A DNA stretch of 64,000 nucleotides from an uncultured Woeseiaceae bacterium (lineage in GTDB: Bacteria; Acidobacteriota; Vicinamibacteria; Vicinamibacterales; UBA823): positions 2,185 through 66,184 of the forward strand of contig CAZMUA010000002.1 in the NCBI GenBank assembly GCA_964569695.1. The letters are read 5' to 3'. Shown here one piece after another: positions 11,403 through 18,970 of this stretch. Both the position numbers and the translations under genes were made by a program. The first letter of the stretch is position 1. Each line of letters opens with the position of its first letter. The notes under the pieces were generated by a model. That model ran no database searches. It worked only from the letters and a program-made list of their open reading frames with translations, and was not told the DNA's origin.

Positions 11403-12708
11403 CAAGGCCATGCATGACCCAGTATGCTGCTAATGTTATCAGGGACAACATCAGCCATTTTATTGAACCCATAAGCAATCTCACATCCCAAAATGGCCAA
11501 GTAAATTGGTACTGAATCAATTCCGCAGAGTGTTCCCGCATCCAATGCCATCCGGTGTGGGCGATTAGTGCTGACGCAATAATTATTCCGAGTCGTTCAT
11601 TTATCGGGAACTTGCGAATAGCTGTCAATACGAGAATCAGTGAACTCAAAGCTACTAAAAAGCCTAATTCCAGACCTAAGTTAAATGCGAAACGTGAGAG
11701 AGAACTGTATGAACCTGCAAATTGAAGTGTCGGAGTAATCACGGAATCGAACCCGAACCCATAGACGAGTCCAAAGCCAAATGCTGCAGGCCAGCGAAAC
11801 ACAAAATTCGCACCGATAATATTTTCGAAGGCTGCGTAGATAATTGAAATGGCAATAATAGTCTGCAGAAACGATGGAAACCAAAGTCCTGTCGGAATTA
11901 CGTTGTACGCAGAAGCGAAAAAGGTTATGGAGTGTGTAAGTGCAAATGCGGCTGTGACTAGGATCATTGGGCGGATACGAGAAAAGGGTAAGACTAGACA
12001 TATTAAGAAAAGCCAATGATCTAGTGTGCTAAATACGTGAACAAACCCAGACTGAATGAAGTGCCAAGCAGCTTGATGCCAACGTGGCTCAAGTCTCACT
12101 AGGCCAGGATAGCCTTCATACTCGAATGAACGCGCGGTTCCAGATTGGGGTATATATTTCAGATTAGTGAGTACGTTTAGCGCCCGATCTGTAAAGTCTG
12201 CATCAATTGAAAACTTCGCGGTCTCAGAGTGAATATCGTATTCGATTAAAACGTCAAGGAGGCTTTGTTGCCAGTACAAGGAAGTGTCTGGATTCAGTCC
12301 AGGTCCTCGTACATGTGTAACTGCTGTGTCGTAAGTTCTAAAAGAGTTGTTGGATGGCAGAGAGGCTCGTGCAGCAAGAAGACGAGGACCACTGAGGGGC
12401 AAATTGTCTTCGTATATAGTGATCTGGCCTACTACAGCTGATCGTGCAATGTTACGTAACGCGGGTTCAATTCGAGGTAAATCGAGAAATCCTGGATCTA
12501 CTGTTGGAATATCGAAGTCTCCCATTACCCGTAATGGCAAACGCAGCAACAGGTGAAGTTTTTGATTCGCTGGCTTTACGAAGATATGAAAGGTGGCGTC
12601 GTTTGGTATGACTTGAGCTGCTGGATTAATTGGTATCAGGAGAAGCCATACAGATATCAGGAATCCTCTTGAGATATACGATTTCGGTGCGGTCACGTCA
12701 AATTTCAA
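11365..12708 (-). CDS. HupE/UreJ_2-like membrane protein with a large N-terminal periplasmic domain
   Basis: Signal peptide, then a soluble domain of about 200 aa, then about 6 TM segments. The first TM region carries GFVHVFSTLDHWLF, which resembles the G-x-x-H...D-H-x-x-F motif I recall for HupE/UreJ-type Ni/Co transporters. Its 3' end overlaps the hutH 3' end by 38 nt in convergent orientation. Confidence 0.5.
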   Translation of the reverse strand: MKFDVTAPKSYISRGFLISVWLLLIPINPAAQVIPNDATFHIFVKPANQKLHLLLRLPLRVMGDFDIPTVDPGFLDLPRIEPALRNIARSAVVGQITIYEDNLPLSGPRLLAARASLPSNNSFRTYDTAVTHVRGPGLNPDTSLYWQQSLLDVLIEYDIHSETAKFSIDADFTDRALNVLTNLKYIPQSGTARSFEYEGYPGLVRLEPRWHQAAWHFIQSGFVHVFSTLDHWLFLICLVLPFSRIRPMILVTAAFALTHSITFFASAYNVIPTGLWFPSFLQTIIAISIIYAAFENIIGANFVFRWPAAFGFGLVYGFGFDSVITPTLQFAGSYSSLSRFAFNLGLELGFLVALSSLILVLTAIRKFPINERLGIIIASALIAHTGWHWMREHSAELIQYQFTWPFWDVRLLMGSIKWLMLSLITLAAYWVMHGLVRNVEHSEYRSP

Positions 12709-12822
12709 GGGAATTTCCAGGAATCTAAATACCAGTCTGTTTAGTCACTCACTAGGATGGGCTGACTTGGAATTTAACTCCAAGACCAGCCCTTATTCAG
12801 TGGTTGCGAATGGACGGCTCGG

Positions 12823-13263
12823 TCACGAGCCTGATTTAATTTGGTAGCCGTCTTCGGTTTCTTCACGAAAGTCTTGATGACAAGCACCACAAGTCTTTCG
12901 AATTTCTCCAAGCGCACTTCGGGAACCGCTGAAGTCGTTTGCTCTGGCTACAGTAGTCAGGTTGTTAGAGGCAGTGACGGCATCTGCGGCGATTCTTGCT
13001 GCCGCCTCGGTGCCACGGTTCAGCCAGAATTCTTCTACTAGTTGAAACATTGCCGCAAGCCTTTTTCCGTCCTCTTCAGTTTCTGGCCAGTACCGGGCGT
13101 CAATATGACCTTCTGCATCTCCAACAGTCAAACCGATTTCCTTCATGGTTGCAGGAAAGTCAGCCTCGTTGAGTTCTGTTTGACGAGCAACAGTCGGGTA
13201 GGAACCTAAGAGGTAGAACACAGCGATCACTGTGAATATCTTATGAGTATTTATAATCGGCAT
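12823..13263 (-). CDS. Class II cytochrome c (cytochrome c' / c556-like), periplasmic
   Basis: A single haem motif CGACH lies about 20 aa from the C-terminus of a helical protein of about 145 aa with a signal peptide. I trimmed the start to the ATG at 13263 (MPIINTHK), which is preceded by aaggaag. Confidence 0.7.
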   Translation of the reverse strand: MPIINTHKIFTVIAVFYLLGSYPTVARQTELNEADFPATMKEIGLTVGDAEGHIDARYWPETEEDGKRLAAMFQLVEEFWLNRGTEAAARIAADAVTASNNLTTVARANDFSGSRSALGEIRKTCGACHQDFREETEDGYQIKSGS

Positions 13264-13310
13264 CCCATCTTCCTTCTTCGTCAGAACAGAGTAGTAATGC
13301 TGCCGAGCAA

Positions 13311-13961
13311 TTAATTGACAGCGAAACAATAAAAGAGGCCGTCACCTCCGGTGCCGATCAGGTCCTCTTGACTACAGCCACGGCTACCATGTGCGGAATT
13401 CCACGATGTGGGATTGTCTCCACCGCCTTGCCGGTCGTGATGTCCAACTAGAGCACTACCAGCGCCATCACTGGTCCAATTTGCACAGGTTGTATCATCA
13501 CTTCCAGAAGCTGCAGTGCCATCCAATTGTGAACCAGTCAGAATATCGTGTCGGTTTACATCATCACCGCGACCGCTAATGCTTTCGCCAGTCGCGCTAA
13601 TACTGTTTTCTTTACTCAATTTATTGTTATCACTATGTAGGTCAGCGACGCTAGACGCGACTTGCACACCGTTAGCGTTGTGCCATGGACCGCTACCAAT
13701 ACGGTCACGTGCATTCAGACCATCTTGGCCAGTTGTGCTCAGATAGGCATGCCAAGTCCGATTGCTCGAGCCGGCAGCTTCCGCGACCATTTGACAGTAC
13801 TGATCAGCACCTGCAAGACCTCCAAGATTGGCGCCATTCCCTGGCCCTTTGCCTGTGAGGAAGAAGGTCATTTCGCTCTGTGTGGAGGTTTGATGGGCTG
13901 TTGCAAGCAGTAGGGCGAACGCCACCATCAACCATCGTTTTGAGCTCAAATTGGTGTTCAT
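13311..13961 (-). CDS. Secreted endostatin-like / DUF1554-like (C-type-lectin-fold) protein
   Basis: It has a signal peptide. By eye it aligns with my recollection of the collagen XVIII endostatin domain: GLAGADQYCQMVAEAAG...WHAYLST vs GIRGADFQCFQQARAVG...FRAFLSS, CANWTS vs CETWRT, and the C-terminal LFYCFAVN vs IVLCIEN. Four Cys sit in the same order. Confidence 0.5.
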   Translation of the reverse strand: MNTNLSSKRWLMVAFALLLATAHQTSTQSEMTFFLTGKGPGNGANLGGLAGADQYCQMVAEAAGSSNRTWHAYLSTTGQDGLNARDRIGSGPWHNANGVQVASSVADLHSDNNKLSKENSISATGESISGRGDDVNRHDILTGSQLDGTAASGSDDTTCANWTSDGAGSALVGHHDRQGGGDNPTSWNSAHGSRGCSQEDLIGTGGDGLFYCFAVN

Positions 13962-14160
13962 ATTTTCCTCCTAGTAACCCCGAGTTGCCGCATTTGTCAT
14001 GAGTCTGAAACGTAAGTGGCCCAGACGTGCACGAATCATGGATTCTACCGTACTCAAGTGTGTATGCAATGATTCGCCCGTAAATTTCTTTGATAAAAAA
14101 TTTACACAAATGAAACGCTATTCATATGTGGTCGTGAATGTTTTGTCATATTATGAATGA

Positions 14161-15153
14161 ATGAATAAGTTGGAGATTATTTTTGCGGTTTCACTGAGTT
14201 GTTGTCTCGTGATGATTTCGTGCGGAGACCGCGAGAATGTGATTTCTGTGGCTGATACTGTAGAGGATGTTACACAGCTAGGCAGTTTTGGCCCAGCCTC
14301 ACATACCTATCAACTTGCAGGTCCATTGGTGCCTGGACATACGACGATGGTGACTGCTTGGGATATTCCAAGAAACCCATTGACTGATGTCACCTTGAGT
14401 GATTCTAAAAACGCAGAACAGATTAGGCGAGGTTTTAGGTTGTTCACGGCTACGCCGATTGAAACACCAAGATTGACGCCGAGTGGTATGACTTGCGGCA
14501 ATTGTCACTTGAATGCCGGTCAACGCGAGTTAGCATTACCGTTAGTTGGGGCGGCTGGCATGTTTCCGGAATACAACAGACGAGCTGGAAGAATGTTTAC
14601 ACTGGAGGATCGTATTGTTGGATGTTTTATGCGCAGTGAGAATTCAGTGGGTGCGACTAACGTTGATGGAAAGGTTGTCGCACCGGCGCCAGACTTTGAA
14701 GAGGTCGAGGCGTTGGCAGCCTATATTACATGGCTGTCCAGTGATTACCCTGTGGGCCAAAATCCACCGTGGCGAAAAAGGAACCGCATTGTAACTGATG
14801 CTCTAGTCTCAATTGACCAACTTGATCCTGAGCAGGGTGAGTCGTTGTTCACCGAGCATTGTGTCAATTGTCACGGCGCAGATGGCCAAGGGGTGCAGGT
14901 TGGTGACAAGCGGGCTGGACCACTCTGGGGACCGTCCTCGTGGAACGATGGAGCAGGCGCCTCTCGTTACTATACGCTAGCAGGGTTCATTCGCTATGCA
15001 ATGCCGTATCTGAATCCCGGTATTCTTTCCGATGAGGAAGCACAACACGTTGCTGCGTACATAATTGCCCAACCTCGTCCGGAGTATCCCTTCAAGGCGG
15101 ATGATTATCAGAACGAGGAATTGCCGATCGACGCCGTATCCTATAAAGAGTGA
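14161..15153 (+). CDS. tsdA: Dihaem cytochrome c, thiosulfate dehydrogenase TsdA-like (probable lipoprotein)
   Basis: Two CxxCH motifs (CGNCH, CVNCH). Blocks match my recollection of Allochromatium vinosum TsdA: VGAAGMFPEYNRRAGRMFTLEDRIVGCFMRSENS (containing the candidate Cys haem ligand), PLWGPSSWNDGAGA and LSDEEAQHVAAYIIAQPRP. The N-terminus has a lipobox-like ...MISC. Confidence 0.75.
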   Translation: MNKLEIIFAVSLSCCLVMISCGDRENVISVADTVEDVTQLGSFGPASHTYQLAGPLVPGHTTMVTAWDIPRNPLTDVTLSDSKNAEQIRRGFRLFTATPIETPRLTPSGMTCGNCHLNAGQRELALPLVGAAGMFPEYNRRAGRMFTLEDRIVGCFMRSENSVGATNVDGKVVAPAPDFEEVEALAAYITWLSSDYPVGQNPPWRKRNRIVTDALVSIDQLDPEQGESLFTEHCVNCHGADGQGVQVGDKRAGPLWGPSSWNDGAGASRYYTLAGFIRYAMPYLNPGILSDEEAQHVAAYIIAQPRPEYPFKADDYQNEELPIDAVSYKE

Positions 15154-15193
15154 TTGCTTAGCCGTTATGGAAGACTCTTATGCACTCGTAGGT

Positions 15194-16246
15194 CTATCTT
15201 CCAGGCATCATTATGTGAGCACGGTTTGTGCCAGCCTGCATCAGCCAAATGTTATCTGAACTTCTCTCCGTTGGTAATCCGCTTGACGCAGATGTTGCAT
15301 AGGGAAGTCTGACTCCCTTAAAGGAAGTCGCGCTTGCAATATCCTCTCCCCCGAGGAAGTACTGCATCTGCCCAGCGACAGGGAGCGGTATTCGGCCAGC
15401 TTCAACAGACTTGACTCGTGCCGCAAAGACGTCCCCGCGTTCGATTCCTGTGGCGGCTAGTTCTTTCTCAAAATTCAAGCGTGGGACATGACCTTCGTGG
15501 TAACAACTGACTCGGAATCCTTCAACGGCTGGGTCATCGGGTTCGCACACGATGGAGTTGTTGCCTTGCCGAAGGATATCTCGCTTACCGTTATCGTTAT
15601 ATCGAACGACGGTTGCCCCGGAACGAAGTGTTGGTGCAAGGGGGCTGACTGCTTCTGCTATGGAGTCGCCATTCGTTCCTTCAGTCTGACCGGTCTCGCC
15701 ACCGTTACCAACAATCATGATGTGGGCACGGTTTGTCCCTGCCTGCATTAGCCAGACACCGTCTTGCCCACGTTCGGTCGGTAGACCAGTAGATTCTGCG
15801 GTCGCGTAGGGGAGTCGGACTGATCGTGTCGGCGTTGCTGAGGCTTCGTCAGCGCCTGCAAGAAAGTATGCCATTTGTCCTGCAACCGGCAAGGGAAGTA
15901 AACCAGTATCTACTTTGGCGCTGCGAGCTTGAAATATCTCAGCAGCCGATTTTCCAGTTGCGGCAAGCTGACGCTCAAAATTTAGTCGTGCAATTCTATT
16001 TTGATGGTAGCAGCCGACACGGAAACCTTCCACATTTGGGTCGTCTGGTTCACAAACTAAGGAGTTGCTGCCTTCCCTTAGCACCGTGCGATAACCGTCT
16101 GCGTCATATTCTACGACTGCAGCACCCTCTCTCATTGATTCCGGGAGAGCCTTGACGGCATCGGAAATTTTCTGTTCATTCGTTTGCGTGCTGACTGCTA
16201 TTGTGGCTCCTAGCACGAAAATACATACGACAAGGGTGCTTCTCAT
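15194..16246 (-). CDS. Secreted protein of unknown function built from two tandem copies of a ~150-aa module
   Basis: It has a signal peptide. Residues ~28-179 and ~197-348 align without gaps at an offset of 169 aa. Both copies share CEPDDPxVEGFRVxCYH, LPLPVAGQMxYFL, VRLPYAT, GLPTER and WLMQAGTNRAHIM. Confidence 0.7.
   Translation of the reverse strand: MRSTLVVCIFVLGATIAVSTQTNEQKISDAVKALPESMREGAAVVEYDADGYRTVLREGSNSLVCEPDDPNVEGFRVGCYHQNRIARLNFERQLAATGKSAAEIFQARSAKVDTGLLPLPVAGQMAYFLAGADEASATPTRSVRLPYATAESTGLPTERGQDGVWLMQAGTNRAHIMIVGNGGETGQTEGTNGDSIAEAVSPLAPTLRSGATVVRYNDNGKRDILRQGNNSIVCEPDDPAVEGFRVSCYHEGHVPRLNFEKELAATGIERGDVFAARVKSVEAGRIPLPVAGQMQYFLGGEDIASATSFKGVRLPYATSASSGLPTERSSDNIWLMQAGTNRAHIMMPGR
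15203..16165 (-). repeat. Intragenic tandem duplication with a period of 507 nt (169 codons), two copies
   Basis: CEPDDP occurs at aa 65 and 234, and TNRAHIM at aa 171 and 340, so the offset is a constant 169 aa. Well over half of the aligned residues are identical by eye. Confidence 0.8.
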
Positions 16247-16314
16247 GAATGGTCTCCCGTGTGTAAGTTGGTCATAAAAGAGTAGCGGTCTTCTTAGATA
16301 CGAAGCGCCTGATA

Positions 16315-16929
16315 CCGGTGTTTCAGTAGGTCAAGAAATGATATCCCTCTTCTTGAAGATTTACGATGGCTGTCATAGCCGAAAGCGCACTCTTCACCGG
16401 CGTTGCGATTTCGTCAACACCAGCGCCGTTGAGGACTCGGCTTTGTTCACAAAGATAGATGCTTACTCCTGCATCGCTCAATGCGTGCAGTAGCGGCAAA
16501 CTCGGGTTATCGACTTCATATCGCTTACGGTACGCCTCATTCGTCATGGCTGCGCGTGTGCCGCCACCATGCAATACGATGGATAACTGTAGGTTTTCTG
16601 TGGGAACACCTGCATGCGCATGCATGTTCATGAATCGAGCAGCCGCTTCAAGTCTCATATGTGGACGGGTAGGTTCGCCAAGGGCCTGGAGTATTTCAAA
16701 AGCAACCTTGTACACCATGCCAGTGTTCGTCTTGTGGTCTGCATTTGGTAAATCAACATGTCTTCCAAAATTGTGTATAAGAGGGCCATCGTGCAGGTCC
16801 TCGCGAGAGTTTTGTGCGCTCGATGACTTCACTGTCAAGAGTAGTGATGCGAATATGACGAAGCCGAATATAAAAATCTGATTCATTCGAAGTGAATTAA
16901 TCGTCAGCATTTAGTTCCCGTCTCCTGTT
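16315..16929 (-). repeat. Dispersed direct repeat, copy 1 (DsrE-like gene plus about 19 nt of 5' leader and about 8 nt of 3' flank)
   Basis: It aligns collinearly with 58793-59407 at a constant offset of 42478 nt with no net indel. Similarity fades outside these bounds. Confidence 0.85.
16323..16910 (-). CDS. Secreted DsrE/DsrF-like (COG1416-type) protein, copy 1
   Basis: It has a signal peptide. The pattern VYKV-FE...LQLSIVLHGGG...AGVSIYLCEQS...AIVNLQEEGYHFLTY matches the layout I recall for DsrE-like proteins (strand, HG-G loop, conserved Cys, C-terminal QeeGY-y-). A paralog lies at 58786-59388. Confidence 0.65.
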   Translation of the reverse strand: MLTINSLRMNQIFIFGFVIFASLLLTVKSSSAQNSREDLHDGPLIHNFGRHVDLPNADHKTNTGMVYKVAFEILQALGEPTRPHMRLEAAARFMNMHAHAGVPTENLQLSIVLHGGGTRAAMTNEAYRKRYEVDNPSLPLLHALSDAGVSIYLCEQSRVLNGAGVDEIATPVKSALSAMTAIVNLQEEGYHFLTY

Positions 16930-17144
16930 AGTGATCTTGAAAAAAGCGATCTTCGTTGTGAATATCTTACCAAAACATTTTGCGATCGTATCACTAATGG
17001 TCTTCTGATTACGCGTGAGAGAGTCTCAAAGATTGTTTGGGTAGTTGACTCAGCTTGGATGAACAGGGTGGGGGGACGGCCACGGCCGTTTCCATTAGCA
17101 ATGCGTGTTTGATTAGGGTGTGACGAGTAACCGACCCTGGTTTT

Positions 17145-18956
17145 TCAACACGAGACGCACTTGTTGTTGTTTATTGCGCCAAGGCTCACTAATAAATCAA
17201 TTGTTTCTGGATATGGCTCGATTCGTTGCACGGGCCCATTCGCTAGATCTACTGTTGTTTGACCGTTCCTACTAACGAAGGTTACGTCAGCACCCTTCGA
17301 AACTAGGTAGTTGATCATCTCGTTGTCACCACGTGCAGCAGCATGATGTAGCGCTGAGTAGCCACGATGATCTCGTTCGTTGACATCAACCCCCAAGTCC
17401 TCAATTAGATATTTAACCGCGCGTAATTGGCCTGCTGGATGGTATCGGTGGGAATTGGCTGCGAAGCCAAAGCCATAACCAACACCTGCAGCAGCTTGGA
17501 GGGGCGTGACCGCTGGACCACCTAGTGGAACAGGTGGTAATCCGGACAAATCTTCAGTTGGCTGATTTCGTCTTCGACGTTCTGGTGTTTTTTGGGTTGG
17601 TAGGCTGAAGTCAGCACCTCGCGCAACGAGCAACCGCATTGCTTCGACGTCGCTAGCGTATGCGGCCCTCCAAAATACTGTTGCGCCTGTTTCGTTTACG
17701 TTTGACAGGTCAAAATTGTAACCAGAGTACCAAACCTTTTTCGTTAATCTCGCGTTAATGTCTGCACCCGCATCCAGAAATGCATCCATGAGATCTAAAT
17801 ACTCGATGCGTTGTTGTTTATAGGAGGTGGGTTGCGGGTAATCTGCCAACTGCGCATATTTGACATTCAGCACGGCATAGAGAGGCGTACCACCGGCTTC
17901 GCTCGCAATTGTGGGATCCCCCCCAGATTCAAGTAGATACTTGGCGAGATCGAAATGGCCATTGATTGTAGCAATGAGAAGTGGTGTTGTTCCGTCAGAT
18001 GAGGTCGCGTTAATATCTGCGCCACCTGCCAGTAGTGCCCTCACAGAAGCGGTGTGACCCTGTCGCGAAGCGAATAACAGCGGCGTTAGGCCACCTTGCT
18101 TACCAACGAGTTCCGCATACGAGAGGCGTGAGGGGCCTTCCGGCTCTTCAGCCGGCTCCTTTTTGCCTCCACCTGGAATAACCCATGCAAAAAAACGCAG
18201 CAAGAAATGCCTTTTTTTCTCTTCCGGTAACACTTCAGGTTGAGTTTCTTCCTGTGTGGCGCCTACTTCAGGTGACGCCTTTAAGGCCGCCTCCACCAAG
18301 GCCTTGCGTTCCTCTTCAACCCGCTTGTTGCGCTCAGTACGGGCTTCCCGAAATTCCTTGTCTACTTCAATAACGTCAACGGTGTCGCTTGCGATTTCCG
18401 GATCTGCAGCGTTGGCTAGTAAGGCTTCGATGGCTTCGGCGCGATCGTAAGCGGCTGCAAACATTAGTGCAGTTTGTCCGCGACCTGTTTCACGAGCGTT
18501 TACATCAACTCGACCAGCTATTAAGGCTGTGACTGCATCAGCGCTGCCAGATGAGGCTGCTAGCATGAGAGGAGTTACACCAGTGGTAGTTGCGACAGTG
18601 GCATCTGCTCCATTATCCAGAAACAGCTTTACAGTGTCAGCGTGGCCACTTCGACTCGCGAGGTGCAGTGGGTTATAGGCGTGAAGGCGCGTTGTTGCTC
18701 TCAGATTTGCACCGGCATAGAGTAGCATCTTCGCTGTGTCGAGCTGTCCATTCACTGCAGCCCAGTGTAGAGCTGTCATGCCGTCACCTTGTGCAGTATT
18801 CACGTCGGCCCCTTCTTGCAATAGGGACCGCACAGTGTTGTGATCACTATGCATCGCAGCATCGGCAACTGGTGACTCTAGAGCGGCATAAAGTAGGGGG
18901 TGAGCCTGTGCACTGATGCCTATAATGACGGCACCGAGTATCAGTCTATTCATCAT
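17145..18956 (-). CDS. Secreted ankyrin-repeat protein
   Basis: It has a signal peptide (MMNRLILGAVIIGISAQA) and many ANK repeats (e.g. GMTALHWAAVNGQLDTAKMLLYAGANL, TPLMLAASSGSADAVTALI, YSALHHAARGDNEMINYLVSKGADV). A charged Glu/Lys/Pro-rich insert splits the repeats. The track start at 18974 is TTG; I trimmed it to the ATG at 18956. Confidence 0.85.
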   Translation of the reverse strand: MMNRLILGAVIIGISAQAHPLLYAALESPVADAAMHSDHNTVRSLLQEGADVNTAQGDGMTALHWAAVNGQLDTAKMLLYAGANLRATTRLHAYNPLHLASRSGHADTVKLFLDNGADATVATTTGVTPLMLAASSGSADAVTALIAGRVDVNARETGRGQTALMFAAAYDRAEAIEALLANAADPEIASDTVDVIEVDKEFREARTERNKRVEEERKALVEAALKASPEVGATQEETQPEVLPEEKKRHFLLRFFAWVIPGGGKKEPAEEPEGPSRLSYAELVGKQGGLTPLLFASRQGHTASVRALLAGGADINATSSDGTTPLLIATINGHFDLAKYLLESGGDPTIASEAGGTPLYAVLNVKYAQLADYPQPTSYKQQRIEYLDLMDAFLDAGADINARLTKKVWYSGYNFDLSNVNETGATVFWRAAYASDVEAMRLLVARGADFSLPTQKTPERRRRNQPTEDLSGLPPVPLGGPAVTPLQAAAGVGYGFGFAANSHRYHPAGQLRAVKYLIEDLGVDVNERDHRGYSALHHAAARGDNEMINYLVSKGADVTFVSRNGQTTVDLANGPVQRIEPYPETIDLLVSLGAINNNKCVSC

Positions 18957-18970
18957 TGGCAACCATCCAA

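Noticed and set aside
12759-12792. An imperfect hairpin (gggctg-a-cttgga / loop / tccaag-ac-cagccc) between the cytochrome c' stop and the HupE-like start
   Set aside because: No U tract follows it on the minus (coding) strand, and the stem has bulges. I could not support calling it a terminator or an RNA element.
16459-16881. A 140-aa plus-strand ORF opposite DsrE-like copy 1 (with a shorter counterpart at 59186-59392 opposite copy 2)
   Set aside because: It is conserved only because the sense gene is duplicated. It is Cys/Ser/Arg-rich, low-complexity and has no start context.
16315-16929. A mobile element as the cause of the DsrE-like duplication
   Set aside because: No transposase or integrase gene, terminal inverted repeats or target-site duplications were visible at either copy.
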